From assembly GCA_963783305.1 (NCBI GenBank), contig CAWAMW010000016.1, positions 384,001-448,000 of the forward strand: a stretch of 64,000 nt of DNA, given 5' to 3'. This stretch comes from an uncultured Gemmatimonadales bacterium (GTDB taxonomy: Bacteria > Gemmatimonadota > Gemmatimonadetes > Longimicrobiales > RSA9). The notes below the pieces were generated by a model, which had not been told where the DNA came from, searched no databases, and was given only the letters and a program-made list of their open reading frames with translations. A program made the position numbers and the translations under genes. This document shows, piece after piece, positions 39,507 to 52,141 of the stretch; the stretch's first letter is position 1, and each line of letters starts with the position of its first letter.

Positions 39507-40118
39507 TTACCAGCCGATCCGGGGCCGCTCGATGTACTTCTTGATCTTGTGCTGTCCCGCCCAGACCTTGACGTTGCTCTCCAGGTCCGTGAGCGTCGCG
39601 TCCACCTGGTAGAACACCACCTTCTCCCGGCCCTCCTCGTCCTCGATAGCCGTGATCTCCCCCTGGAACATGTAGTTCGCACCCAGCTCGTAGGCCATCC
39701 GCGCCCGGGTCCCCGCCCGGGCGTTGTCCTGCTGGTCCGTCCGCTCGTCCCGGATCTCCGACCGCTCCTCAGGACTCGCCACCATCGTCACTGCGCCCGA
39801 ATTGATCATCGCCCGCTCCAGGTCCCCGATGAACGCGTTGACCGGGATGTGCTCCATGGTCCGGTTCCGGAACGTGCCCACGATCACCGCCGGGGCCTCG
39901 CCGCCATGCGCCGCTGCGTGCCGCGTCACCCACGGCGCGTTCAGCGACTGGTCGATCAACTCGTTCGCCACCAGCCGCGAATCGGTGTCGTTCCAGCGGC
40001 CAGAGAGGTCGGTAACACTGGTGGGGTCAATGCGCGAGACCTGCTTGGCGCAGCCCCCCAACATGAGGGTGAGGACGGCGAGCGTCATTGCCCCCGTCAC
40101 TCTGCTTGAACGGTACAT
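39507..40118 (-). CDS. Penicillin-binding protein activator LpoB-like lipoprotein
   Basis: Lipobox [26 protein letters not shown]...E.N..VW.G...IKK. Confidence 0.85.
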   Translation of the reverse strand: MYRSSRVTGAMTLAVLTLMLGGCAKQVSRIDPTSVTDLSGRWNDTDSRLVANELIDQSLNAPWVTRHAAAHGGEAPAVIVGTFRNRTMEHIPVNAFIGDLERAMINSGAVTMVASPEERSEIRDERTDQQDNARAGTRARMAYELGANYMFQGEITAIEDEEGREKVVFYQVDATLTDLESNVKVWAGQHKIKKYIERPRIGW

Positions 40119-40152
40119 TGGTTGTGCCTCCGTGATGGGTCCGTGCGGGTTG

Positions 40153-40177
40153 TACACGGGGGGGTGGGGGAAAGTTC
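40153..40177 (-). promoter_or_regulatory. Candidate ECF-sigma promoter of the lpoB operon
   Basis: GAACT-N16-TGTA on the minus strand, same pattern as 18751..18775. Confidence 0.35.
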
Positions 40178-40186
40178 GGGGGGGGG

Positions 40187-40403
40187 GGGTGGCTCGCCGC
40201 TTCGCACTCGCAGGGTGGCTCGCCTTCGGCTCGCAGGGTGGCTCGCGCTTCGCACTCGCAGGGTGGCTCGCCTTCGGCTCGCAGGGTGGCTCGCGCTTCG
40301 CACTCGCAGGGTGGCTCGCCTTCGGCTCGCAGGGTGGCTCGCGCTTCGCACTCGCAGGGTGGCTCGCCTTCGGCTCGCAGGGTGCTCGCGCTTCGCGCTC
40401 GCA
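40187..40403 (-). repeat. Hairpin tandem array 3: 9 units alternating ~25/23 bp
   Basis: GGGTGGCTCG-CCTTCGG-CTCGCA alternating with GGGTGGCTCG-CGCTTCGCA-CTCGCA; shares the TCGCAGGGTGGCTCG core with arrays 1 and 2. Confidence 0.97.
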
Positions 40404-40454
40404 GGACCGAAGACTGGCCGAAGACGTTGGCGGCGCGTTAGGTTGGCAGCAGCT

Positions 40455-41509
40455 ATGAACCAACCTGAGATTACGACCCCGGAAGCCCTCACGGAGGAGA
40501 TCGAGGCGGAGCTGTCGCTCCGGCCTCAGCGGCTGGCCGAGTTCATCGGGCAGACGAAGGTCAAGGAGTCGCTGCGGATCGCCATTGACGCGGCGAAGGG
40601 GCGGGGGGAGCCGCTGGACCATACGCTCTTTCACGGGCCGCCGGGGCTGGGGAAGACGACACTGGCGATGCTGATGTCGCGGGAGCTGGGGGTGCAGATC
40701 CGGACGACCTCGGGGCCGGTGCTGGAGAAGCCGGCGGACCTGGTGGGGCTGCTGACCAACCTGGAGGAGGGGGACATCCTCTTCATCGACGAGATCCATC
40801 GTCTGCGGCCGATCATCGAGGAGTTCCTGTACCCGGCCATGGAGGACTACCGGATCGACATCCGGCTCTCGGAGGGGCCGAAGGCGCAGACCATCACCAT
40901 GCCGGTGGAGCGGTTCACGCTGGTGGGGGCCACGACCCGGTTCGGACTCCTGACGCCGCCAATGCGCGCCCGCTTCGGGATCATCCAGAGACTCAACTAC
41001 TACGACGCGGCCGAGCTGATGGACATCGTGGTGCGGAGCGCGGAGATCCTGGAGGTGGGGACGACGGCGGAGGGCGCTGAGGAGATCGCGAAACGGAGCC
41101 GCGGCACCCCCCGGGTGGCGAACCGCCTGCTGCGCCGCGTCCGGGACTTCGCGCAGGTGCGTGCCGACGGCGTCATAACGGGGGCCGTGGCCGATGACGC
41201 ACTCCGGATGCTGGACGTCGACGAGTACGGTCTGGACGAGATGGACGCCCGGATCATCAAGACGCTGATCGAGAACTTCGAGGGCGGCCCGGCGGGGCTG
41301 AACACCCTGGCGGTCGCGGTCGGTGAGGACCCGGGCACCATCGAGGAGGTGTACGAGCCGTTCCTCATCCAGAACGGGTTCCTCATGCGCACGCCGCGCG
41401 GCCGGATGGCAACGAAGCGGGCGTTCAAGCGATTCGGCTACGCGGTGCCCCGGGACCTGGGCGACCGGGGTCAGATCCGGCTCTTCGACGAGGGTGCCTC
41501 CGACCCGGC

Positions 41510-41513
<4 letters not shown>
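40455..41513 (+). CDS. ruvB: Holliday junction branch migration helicase RuvB
   Basis: [44 protein letters not shown]. Confidence 0.97.
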
Positions 41514-44114
<2,601 letters not shown>

Positions 44115-44139
44115 GCAACTTTGGAAGGAACGCGATCAG

Positions 44140-44670
44140 ATGTCCCTACTTGAGCTGCGCCTGATGGGCGATCCGGTATTGCGGGAGGAAGCCGCGCCCA
44201 TCGAGGCCGTGGATGACGAGATCCGGGCCCTCGCCCGGGACATGTTCGACACCATGTATGAAGCCGATGGGGTGGGGCTGGCCGCCAATCAGATCGGCAT
44301 CACCCGTCGCCTCATCGTGGTCGACCCACGGGAGGAGGGCGTCAAGCCGCGCGCGCTGGTGAACCCACGCGTCGTGGCTACCGGCGAGGAGACGGACCGC
44401 GCGGAGGAGGGCTGCCTCAGCATCCCCGGGCTCCGGGAGATCGTCGAGCGGAAGTCGAGCGTCGTGGTGGAGGCGCTGGACCTGGACGGCGAGACCGTGC
44501 GGATCGAGGCGGAAGGGCTCGCGGCCCGGGTGCTCCTCCACGAGATCGATCATCTCGATGGCGTCCTGTTCGTGGACCGCGTGAGCCCGTTGAAGCGCAG
44601 GATGCTGCTGAAGAAGTGGGCGAAGGTGAAGGGCGACTACGAGAGCGCCCCGTCGCGGACGGGCGGCTGA
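44140..44670 (+). CDS. def: Peptide deformylase
   Basis: GVGLAANQIG, EGCLS, HEIDHLDG. Confidence 0.97.
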   Translation: MSLLELRLMGDPVLREEAAPIEAVDDEIRALARDMFDTMYEADGVGLAANQIGITRRLIVVDPREEGVKPRALVNPRVVATGEETDRAEEGCLSIPGLREIVERKSSVVVEALDLDGETVRIEAEGLAARVLLHEIDHLDGVLFVDRVSPLKRRMLLKKWAKVKGDYESAPSRTGG

Positions 44671-44671
44671 A

Positions 44672-45622
44672 GTGCGGGTCCTCTTCTGGGGCACACCGGA
44701 GTTCGCGCTGCCATCGCTCGGGGCGCTCCTGGGCGAAGGTCACGACGTGGTGGGCGTGGTCACACAGCCGGATCGGCCGCGGGGGCGGGGGCGATCGCCG
44801 TCGCCATCGCCGGTGAAGGAGCTGGCGGAGGCCGAGGGGCTGCCCGTCCTGCAGCCGGAGCGGGCGCGGGACCCGGCATTCCTGGACGTGGCGCGGAAGC
44901 TAGAGCCCGATGTGAGCGTGGTCGTCGCGTACGGCCAGATCCTCAGCCGGGAGGCGCTGGACGTGCCCACCCACGGGTCCATCAACGTTCACGCGTCACT
45001 GCTGCCGAAGCTGCGGGGTGCAGCCCCCATCCACTGGGCCATCATCCGCGGGCACGCGACCACCGGGATCACCACCATGCGAATGGTGGAGGCGCTCGAC
45101 GCCGGGCCCATGCTCATGCAGGTCGAGGAGCCCATCCTGCCGGAGGAAACGGTGACGGACCTCACCGTGCGGCTCAGCGAGCTGGGCGCGGGCACCATCA
45201 TCGAGACGCTGGCGCTCCTGGAGGCGGGCGACCTCGATGAGACGCCCCAGGACGATGGCGCCTCCACGTACGCTCCGATGATCGACCGGGACGTGGCCCG
45301 GGTCGACTGGAGCCGCCCCGCCCGCGAGGTGGCCGATCTGATCCGTGGCCTGGACGCCGTGCCCGGCGCGTGGACGCTCCAGAACGACGAGTCGGAGCTC
45401 AAGGTATACCGCCCGAGGGTGGCGGCCGGCGGCCACGGCAGCGGCACGGAGCCCGGCCGTATCCTGGACGTCGAGCCGGGGCGCCCGGAAGAAGGGCTGC
45501 TGGTGGCCTGCGGCGAGGACGCGGTCTGGGTGCGGGAGGTAAAGCCGGCCGGGAAGCGACGGATGAACAGCGCCGACTGGCTCCGCGGACGCGGGGCGCG
45601 GGCTGGCGATCGGCTGACGTGA
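44672..45622 (+). CDS. fmt: Methionyl-tRNA formyltransferase
   Basis: GTPEFA, TQPDRP.GRG, VVAYG, NVH.SLLP..RGAAPI. Confidence 0.97.
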   Translation: MRVLFWGTPEFALPSLGALLGEGHDVVGVVTQPDRPRGRGRSPSPSPVKELAEAEGLPVLQPERARDPAFLDVARKLEPDVSVVVAYGQILSREALDVPTHGSINVHASLLPKLRGAAPIHWAIIRGHATTGITTMRMVEALDAGPMLMQVEEPILPEETVTDLTVRLSELGAGTIIETLALLEAGDLDETPQDDGASTYAPMIDRDVARVDWSRPAREVADLIRGLDAVPGAWTLQNDESELKVYRPRVAAGGHGSGTEPGRILDVEPGRPEEGLLVACGEDAVWVREVKPAGKRRMNSADWLRGRGARAGDRLT

Positions 45623-46266
45623 TGCGGGTTCCGGGACTGCACGTCGTCACGGACGACGCGGTCCTGGGCGCGCCATGGTTCCGCGATCGGGCTCGGCGGC
45701 TCATCGAGTCTGTCGGCCCGTCGCTGGCGCTGCACCTGCGTGGACCCGCCACGGAGCCGGGGCGGCTCATGGAGCTGGCCAGCGCACTGCGGCCGGCGGC
45801 GGAGGAGGTGGGTGCGCTGCTCCTGGTCAACGACCGGGTCGATGTGGCGCTCGCGGCCGGGGTGGACGGGGTCCAGCTCGGCGGGCGATCACTGCCCGTT
45901 GCGGCGGTGCGGGCGCTCCGGTCCGACTTGCGGATCGGCGCGTCCATCCATGGCGTCACCGACGCGCGAGGGGCCGAGGGCGCGGACTTCCTCGTGCTGG
46001 GGACGATCTGGGCGAGCGAGTCCCACCCGGGGCGGGAAGGGGCCGGGCTCGGGCAGGTGCGCTCTGTGGTGGAGAGTGTGGACGTGCCGGTCATCGCCAT
46101 CGGCGGGGTGACGCCCCGCCGCGCCGCCGCCGCGCTGGCCGCCGGGGCATCCGGAGTGGCCGTCCTCCGGGGCGTGTGGGACGACGACGAGCCGGCCCGA
46201 GCGGCGGCGGAGTACCTGGGTTCGATGAAGCGAGCGGGAGAGGAGGACGCATGGCGGAAGAGCTGA
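45622..46266 (+). CDS. thiE: Thiamine phosphate synthase family protein (ThiE/TenI-like)
   Basis: [30 protein letters not shown] replaces the usual QLR.K motif. Confidence 0.8.
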   Translation: MRVPGLHVVTDDAVLGAPWFRDRARRLIESVGPSLALHLRGPATEPGRLMELASALRPAAEEVGALLLVNDRVDVALAAGVDGVQLGGRSLPVAAVRALRSDLRIGASIHGVTDARGAEGADFLVLGTIWASESHPGREGAGLGQVRSVVESVDVPVIAIGGVTPRRAAAALAAGASGVAVLRGVWDDDEPARAAAEYLGSMKRAGEEDAWRKS

Positions 46267-46466
46267 TCCGCGTGACTGTGAACGGGGACGATCGCGAGAT
46301 CGCCGCGGGGCACACGGTCCGGACGTTCCTGGAATCGCTGGATCTGCACCCTGGCCTGGTGGTGGTGGAGCGAAACCGAGAGATCCTCGACCGCGACCGC
46401 TACGGCGCGGTGACCGTGCAGCCCGGCGATGTGCTGGAGCTGGTGCACTTCGTCGGCGGTGGCTGA
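46251..46466 (+). CDS. thiS: Sulfur carrier protein ThiS
   Basis: VNG..., [17 protein letters not shown]. Confidence 0.95.
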   Translation: MAEELIRVTVNGDDREIAAGHTVRTFLESLDLHPGLVVVERNREILDRDRYGAVTVQPGDVLELVHFVGGG

Positions 46467-46534
46467 GATGGACAGCGGGGGACTGGAACCCGAACACGAG
46501 GGTCACGTGGCCCACACATCAACGGAAGACGACG

Positions 46535-47338
46535 ATGGATAGAGCAGCGAACGCACCGACTGTGGAGGACGCACCCCTCCGGATCGGCGGCAGGGAGTTC
46601 CGCTCCCGGCTGATCGTGGGGACGGGGAAGTACGCCTCGAACCAGGAGATGGTGGACGCCATCGCGGCGTCCGGGGCCGACATGGTCACCGTGGCCGTGC
46701 GCCGGGTGGACCTGGACCGGACGAAGGAGGAGGGGGTCCTCTACCACCTCGATCCCAGGGAGATCTTCCTGCTGCCGAACACCGCCGGGTGCTATACGGC
46801 GGAGGACGCGATCCGGTACGCGCGGCTCGGCCGTGAGGCCGGGATGAGCGATTTCGTGAAACTGGAGGTCATTGGCGACCAGGACACGCTGCTGCCGGAT
46901 GTCCAGGCCACGCTGGAGGCCGCCCGGGTGCTGGTGGACGAGGGGTTCCATGTCCTGGCGTACACGAACGAGGACGTCGTCACCGCGCTCCGGCTCGAGG
47001 ACGCCGGCTGCGCCGCCGTCATGCCGCTGGCCAGCCCCATCGGGAGCGGGCTCGGGCTCGTGAACCCCTACTACATCCGGGAGATCAAGAAACGGCTGGA
47101 GGTGCCGGTGATCGTGGACGCCGGAGTGGGCACGGCCTCCGATGCCTGCGAGACGATGGAGCAGGGTGTGGACGGGATCCTCATGAACACCGCTCTCGCG
47201 GCGGCGAAGAAGCCGGCTGTCATGGCGCGCGCCATGAAGCTCGGCGTCGAGGCCGGCCGGCTCGCGTACCTCGCCGGCCGCATGCCGCGCCGCGAATGGG
47301 CGGTGCCGTCCTCACCGACCGACGGGATGCTCGAGTAG
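46535..47338 (+). CDS. thiG: Thiazole synthase
   Basis: [40 protein letters not shown]. Confidence 0.97.
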   Translation: MDRAANAPTVEDAPLRIGGREFRSRLIVGTGKYASNQEMVDAIAASGADMVTVAVRRVDLDRTKEEGVLYHLDPREIFLLPNTAGCYTAEDAIRYARLGREAGMSDFVKLEVIGDQDTLLPDVQATLEAARVLVDEGFHVLAYTNEDVVTALRLEDAGCAAVMPLASPIGSGLGLVNPYYIREIKKRLEVPVIVDAGVGTASDACETMEQGVDGILMNTALAAAKKPAVMARAMKLGVEAGRLAYLAGRMPRREWAVPSSPTDGMLE

Positions 47339-47349
47339 TCGGGAGGCCG

Positions 47350-48201
47350 CTAACCCGGTTTGTGACCCGACACCCCGAGCGCCTCCGGCTCCCTGCGCAC
47401 GCGCACGAACCCGAGGGCGGAGAGCCGGTCCTTCACGCGCCCGGGCAGGTCCTGTCCGCGCGTCCGGCTGCCAGGGTCGCCGGTGTAGTGGAAGAGGCGG
47501 CCGCGGGGACGCAGCACCCGGAACAGCTGACGGTAGAACTCGTCGCCATAGAGATCTCCGGCCACCGCCAGGGTTGGAGGGTCGTGGATGACGAAGTCGA
47601 AGGCATTGCCCGGGAGCTCCGAGATGGCCTCCGCGACGTTCTCGTTCCGCAGCTCCATGTTGCCGGTGTCATCGAACAGCGGCTGTGAGTACGGGTTGAG
47701 CCGGGCCATGTCCACCACGTTCGGATCGATCTCGAAGACCGTGACGGAATCGGCGGTCTGGGCCGCGTGGATCGCCGAGTAGCCGAGCCCGCAACACGTC
47801 TCCAGCACCCGGCCGCGGATGGGCGCGATGGCGGCGATCTTCGATTCGGCGTCGGCTTTCGGGTCCGTGCCCTTGATCCGGTGCATGAGGATGCCGGAGA
47901 TCTCCAGCGCCGGCCACCCGCTCGTAGCCCGGAGCGTGTACACCTTGTTGGTCTCCCGGGAGAACCAGGTGACCTTCTCCGGCTCATCGTCCAGGACGGT
48001 GTAGATCGATTCCGGGTTCCCAGCGATGACGTCGAGCCCCGCAGCGCTCAGCGCCTGGCCGTCCGGGAGCCGCACCGCACCCGCCTCCAGCGGGAGCTCG
48101 ATCTCCGACCGCCCGAGGTCGAGCGTGGTCGTGACCGTCTCCTCCCCCCGCTCCAGCCGCGCCTGGATCGCCCTGGCCGCCGAACGCGTCAGGAGGATCA
48201 C
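47350..48201 (-). CDS. Class I SAM-dependent methyltransferase (COG2521-like)
   Basis: P.LEISGI.MH, VLETCCGLGYSAI, IHDPP....AG.LY...FY, LFHYTG.PG; GTG start overlaps the cdd stop. Confidence 0.8.
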   Translation of the reverse strand: MILLTRSAARAIQARLERGEETVTTTLDLGRSEIELPLEAGAVRLPDGQALSAAGLDVIAGNPESIYTVLDDEPEKVTWFSRETNKVYTLRATSGWPALEISGILMHRIKGTDPKADAESKIAAIAPIRGRVLETCCGLGYSAIHAAQTADSVTVFEIDPNVVDMARLNPYSQPLFDDTGNMELRNENVAEAISELPGNAFDFVIHDPPTLAVAGDLYGDEFYRQLFRVLRPRGRLFHYTGDPGSRTRGQDLPGRVKDRLSALGFVRVRREPEALGVSGHKPG

Positions 48202-48644
48202 TGGGACAGCGGATCGAAGGGAAGGGGGAGGAGCTCCGCGAGAGATGCGACCGTGACTCGGTCCGTGCCGGGGGCGTCCATGAGGACCCGGGTCCCCGTC
48301 CCCGTGGTGGCCGCCATCTCGTGCAGCACCTGTCGACAGGAGCCGCACGGGCTCACGACCTGCCCGCGCGGGAGCCGGTCGCCGAGGGCGCTGACCGCGA
48401 CCGCGCTGAAGGACCGCTCCCCACCCGCGTTGGCGCGACCTACCGCCATACGCTCGGCGCAGATGGTGGATCCGTAGGCGGCGTTCTCCACGTTGGAGCC
48501 GGTGACCACGCCCGTGGCCGTCCGCAGCGCAGCGCCCACCCGCACGCCCGAATACGGAGCATAGGCGGTGGCGAGAACCTCGCGCGCCGCGTCCATGAGC
48601 TCCCGGTCCTCCGGGTCGAGCTGGTCGTATCGTACTGTTTCCAC
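48198..48644 (-). CDS. cdd: Cytidine deaminase
   Basis: AYAPYS, G.NVENAAY, CAER, PCGSCRQ. Confidence 0.95.
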   Translation of the reverse strand: METVRYDQLDPEDRELMDAAREVLATAYAPYSGVRVGAALRTATGVVTGSNVENAAYGSTICAERMAVGRANAGGERSFSAVAVSALGDRLPRGQVVSPCGSCRQVLHEMAATTGTGTRVLMDAPGTDRVTVASLAELLPLPFDPLSQ

Positions 48645-48834
48645 CGCGCGTCCTCGGTCTGTTCGAGTCCCTTCGCCCCCGGCTCTTCCCCCCGCCGGGT
48701 TTCCTCGTGCCGCCCCCTCATTGTATCATTCACGGCTACTGGTGGGGGTCGACGGCGACGAGGCGTAAAGTGAGCGACGGCAGCAAAATACGCGAGCAGG
48801 GATCGGACCAGACCCGGGCGGGGGGGAAATAGCC

Positions 48835-49593
48835 GTGCTCGGGGATTCGCTGCGTCGGCGTCGCGGGGCTGAACGGCCCCGGCCGCCGAAGGGGGAGGGG
48901 GAGCGGGAGCGGCCCAAGGGGCCAGCGCGGACGCGACGGGTAAGCAGGGGGAGCGCCGCTCTCGGTTTCTGGGGGCGCTGGCTGCTGGCCGCCCTCGTGG
49001 TTCTCGGAGGCAGCTTCGGCGTCGGATACCTGCTATCGACCATGGTCCTCTTCCCGCCGCCGGAGACCGCCGGGACGGGGATTCCCACGCCGTCGCTCTA
49101 CGGCGAGACGCGGGAGGCCGCCCAGCGGGCCCTCGCCTCGGCCGGCCTGGAGCTCGGGGAGGTGTCGGAGCTGGCCAGCGTGGATACGGAGCGGGGTCGC
49201 GTGCTGGCTCAGGATCCCATTCCGGGGCAGGAGCTGCGTCGAGGGGGCACCGTATCCATCGCGCTGAGCGGAGGTCCGCCAGCGCTCGTGATCCCGCCCG
49301 TAACCGGGATGAGCCTCGGGACCGCCCGGGCGCTGCTGGAGACCCTCGGCTTCGATGTGGCCGAGCAGCTGTCCGATGAAGCCCGCGCCCCCGAAGGGAC
49401 GGTGGTTGCGACGGAGCCGGAGGCCGGTAGCCGCAGGCCGCTGCCGGCGGTGGTCACGCTGGTGGTCAGCCGCGGAGCGCCGCGGGATTCGACGGGCCAG
49501 CTACTGGACGCAGTGGGCCAGCCCATGGACACGGCGGTCGTGCCGAGGGCCCCTCGCGCCGGCGCTGATGGCCGGGGCGGAGCGGATCGTTGA
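48835..49593 (+). CDS. Membrane-anchored protein with two PASTA domains
   Basis: One TM, then G.VL.QDP.PG...G..V.I.LS.G and G.VV..EP..G......V.LVVS.G. Confidence 0.85.
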   Translation: MLGDSLRRRRGAERPRPPKGEGERERPKGPARTRRVSRGSAALGFWGRWLLAALVVLGGSFGVGYLLSTMVLFPPPETAGTGIPTPSLYGETREAAQRALASAGLELGEVSELASVDTERGRVLAQDPIPGQELRRGGTVSIALSGGPPALVIPPVTGMSLGTARALLETLGFDVAEQLSDEARAPEGTVVATEPEAGSRRPLPAVVTLVVSRGAPRDSTGQLLDAVGQPMDTAVVPRAPRAGADGRGGADR

Positions 49594-50159
49594 GAATAGG
49601 CGACCGAGGGCGGGACCTCCTCGTAAGCGTCCTCTTTCTCCTCGTGGTGGGAGGGCTGGTGGCGCTGGGGTGGCTGAACCGCGACTCGGCCATCACACTC
49701 GAGCGGGGGGAGACGGCCCCGGCGCTGGAGCTGCCCAGCATCGAGGGAGGGACGATCTCGCTCGCGGAGCTGAGGGGGAAGGTCATCATGCTGAATATCT
49801 GGGCCACGTGGTGCCCACCGTGCCTGAAGGAGATGCCGTCCATGCAGAAGGTCTACGAACGGCACCGCGGCGATGGCCTCGAGATCCTTGCGGTAGCGGT
49901 GGATGACCACCCCGGCGCCCGTATGGAAGATGGCCGGATCGTGGGCCTGGTCAGTGAGTTCGTGGAGCGGCTCGGAGTGACGTTCCCCGTGGTCGTGGAC
50001 CCCACGGGCGAGACGGAGAAGCGGTTCGGCACCGAGTACCTTCCCACCACGGTCCTCATCGACCGCGAGGGCCGCATCCGCGCGAGGGAGATCGGCGGCC
50101 GCTTCTGGGATGAGGAGCCGTTCATCGACATGGTGGAATCCCTGCTGGAGGAGAAATGA
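49590..50159 (+). CDS. TlpA/ResA thiol-disulfide oxidoreductase
   Basis: NIWATWCPPC..EMP; N-terminal TM. Confidence 0.92.
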   Translation: MRIGDRGRDLLVSVLFLLVVGGLVALGWLNRDSAITLERGETAPALELPSIEGGTISLAELRGKVIMLNIWATWCPPCLKEMPSMQKVYERHRGDGLEILAVAVDDHPGARMEDGRIVGLVSEFVERLGVTFPVVVDPTGETEKRFGTEYLPTTVLIDREGRIRAREIGGRFWDEEPFIDMVESLLEEK

Positions 50160-50869
50160 TCCGCCCTCACATTGGCATGGTGACCGAGAACTGGACGCTC
50201 AAGCTGGCCGCGCTCGTGCTGGCGGTCATGCTCTGGCTCGCTGTCACCGCCAACCAGCCGGAGCGAGCCACGTTCCGGAACGTGCCCGTGGAGGTGGACC
50301 TCCGCGATCCCGACTGGCGGCTCGAACGCACGGTGCCCGAGTACGTCGCCATCACGCTGCAGGGGCCGCGGGGCGAGCTCATGGACCTGAGCTCCGATCC
50401 GCCCCGTCTGGTCCTCCCAGTGGAGCGGGTCAGCGACTCCGTGGAGGTGCAGGTGGTTCCGCTCCAGTGGATCCAGCTCCCGACCGGCGTCCGCGAGACC
50501 CGTGTGCTCCGGATGCGCCCCGACACCATTCGCCTCCACTACCAGCGCCTCGAGACCCGAACGCTGCCCGTCCAGATCTACACCCGAGGCGACCTCCCGC
50601 AGGGGTATTCGCTATCCCTGCCGCTCCACACGAATCCGAGCTCCGTCTCCGTGCGGGGGCCCACCGGCGTGCTCTCCCGCATCGATTCCGTGCCGCTGCT
50701 CCCCGTCGACCTCTCGGGACTCCGCTCCACCACCAATATCCCCGTCTCGGTCGATACGGCGGCCTTCGACCTCCTCACGTTCGAGCCGGTGGAAGTCAAT
50801 GTCGTGTTGCGCGTGGTCCCCACCGACTCGATCCCGGCGGATACGACACGGAGCGGAGACGCCTCCTGA
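50156..50869 (+). CDS. CdaR/YbbR-like protein
   Basis: NW.LKL.AL.LA..LW..V; YbbR-type P..V.V.GP segments. Confidence 0.8.
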   Translation: MIRPHIGMVTENWTLKLAALVLAVMLWLAVTANQPERATFRNVPVEVDLRDPDWRLERTVPEYVAITLQGPRGELMDLSSDPPRLVLPVERVSDSVEVQVVPLQWIQLPTGVRETRVLRMRPDTIRLHYQRLETRTLPVQIYTRGDLPQGYSLSLPLHTNPSSVSVRGPTGVLSRIDSVPLLPVDLSGLRSTTNIPVSVDTAAFDLLTFEPVEVNVVLRVVPTDSIPADTTRSGDAS

Positions 50870-51936
50870 TGGCGCGGGACCGCGTCGTGCTGGGAATCGA
50901 GACGTCGTGCGACGAGACTTCCTCCGCCGTCCTCGTGGGCGACCAGCTGCGGAGCCATGTCATCCTCTCACAGGACGTGCACAAGGTGTACGCCGGCGTG
51001 GTGCCCGAGCTCGCTGCCCGCGCCCATATGCGGGTCCTGGACGATGTGGTGACCACCGCGCTCGAGGACGCAGGTCTCGACCTCGAGGCCGTCGATGTGT
51101 TCGGCGTCACCGCCGGGCCCGGGCTGATCGGCGCGCTTCTGGTGGGCGTGGCCTGGAGCAAGTCGGCCGCCTGGGCGCTCTCACGCCCCGTGGTGGGTGT
51201 GCACCACATGGAGGCGCACCTGTTCGCGGCCAGCCTCGAGGACCCGCACGCCGTGCCGCCGTTCGTGGCGCTACTGGTTTCCGGCGGTCACACCCTCCTC
51301 CTCTGGGTCCCCGAGTGGGGTCACTACGAGCTGCTCGGCGAGACCCGGGATGACGCGGCGGGCGAGGCGTTCGACAAGGTCGCCCGCATCCTGGGCATGG
51401 AGTACCCGGGAGGGCCCGAGATCGAACGCGCCGCGGTCCGCGCCGCCGATGCCGCGTCGAATGACCCCGCCGACGAGCACGCTTTCCCGCGCCCCATGCT
51501 GGCAGGGAACCAGAATCCCGCCGACGATGCCTACTACGCTTTCTCCTTCAGCGGGCTCAAGACCGCCGTGCTGAACCGCGTGCAGTCGCTTCGCGACGAC
51601 GGACGCCTCGAGCAGCAGCGGGACGAGGTCGCCCGATCCTTTCAGCGGGCGGTCACGGACGTGCTGGTGTCCAAGACCATGCGGGCGGTGGAGGAAAAGG
51701 GGTGCCGGCGGGTGCTCATCGGCGGCGGCGTCGCGGCGAGCCAGGCGCTCCGGAGCGCCTTCCGCGATGCCCTGGGCGAGCACGGTCGACTCTTTCACCC
51801 CTCCCCGAGAATGGCCACCGACAACGGCGCCATGATCGCCCGTACCGCTGCCTTCCGGTTCGATCAGGGCGACACCGCCGGCCTCGACCTCAGCGCTCGC
51901 GCCGACCTCCCGTTCCCGGGGCTCGTGCGCCGATGA
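50869..51936 (+). CDS. tsaD: tRNA N6-adenosine threonylcarbamoyltransferase TsaD
   Basis: LGIETSCDET, GVVPE.A.R.H, HHMEAH, SGGHT, DDAAGEAFDK, FSFSGLKT, TDNGAMIA. Confidence 0.97.
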   Translation: MARDRVVLGIETSCDETSSAVLVGDQLRSHVILSQDVHKVYAGVVPELAARAHMRVLDDVVTTALEDAGLDLEAVDVFGVTAGPGLIGALLVGVAWSKSAAWALSRPVVGVHHMEAHLFAASLEDPHAVPPFVALLVSGGHTLLLWVPEWGHYELLGETRDDAAGEAFDKVARILGMEYPGGPEIERAAVRAADAASNDPADEHAFPRPMLAGNQNPADDAYYAFSFSGLKTAVLNRVQSLRDDGRLEQQRDEVARSFQRAVTDVLVSKTMRAVEEKGCRRVLIGGGVAASQALRSAFRDALGEHGRLFHPSPRMATDNGAMIARTAAFRFDQGDTAGLDLSARADLPFPGLVRR

Positions 51937-52141
51937 TCCGTGCGCTCTTCGTGCAGCGACTCCGCCGGTCGTGGCCGCCGTGCCTGGAGATTCGGAACGA
52001 TTCCCGCATGGGCGCTTCGTGCCTCTTCGGGCCGTACCCGGTGCTCGGTGGGGAGGCGCGCGCCCTGGCGGGGACAACGGCCGCGGTGGGTGTGGCGCTG
52101 CGGACCAGACGTGAACCGAGCGCTCAGTCGAGCGAGGTCGC

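Noticed and set aside
45600..46535. TPP riboswitch for the thi genes
   Set aside because: thiE overlaps fmt, and I saw no TPP aptamer core in the short thiS-thiG gap.
48661..48681. GTTCGAGTCCC, tRNA T-loop-like
   Set aside because: No pairing T-stem, no cloverleaf and no integrase nearby.
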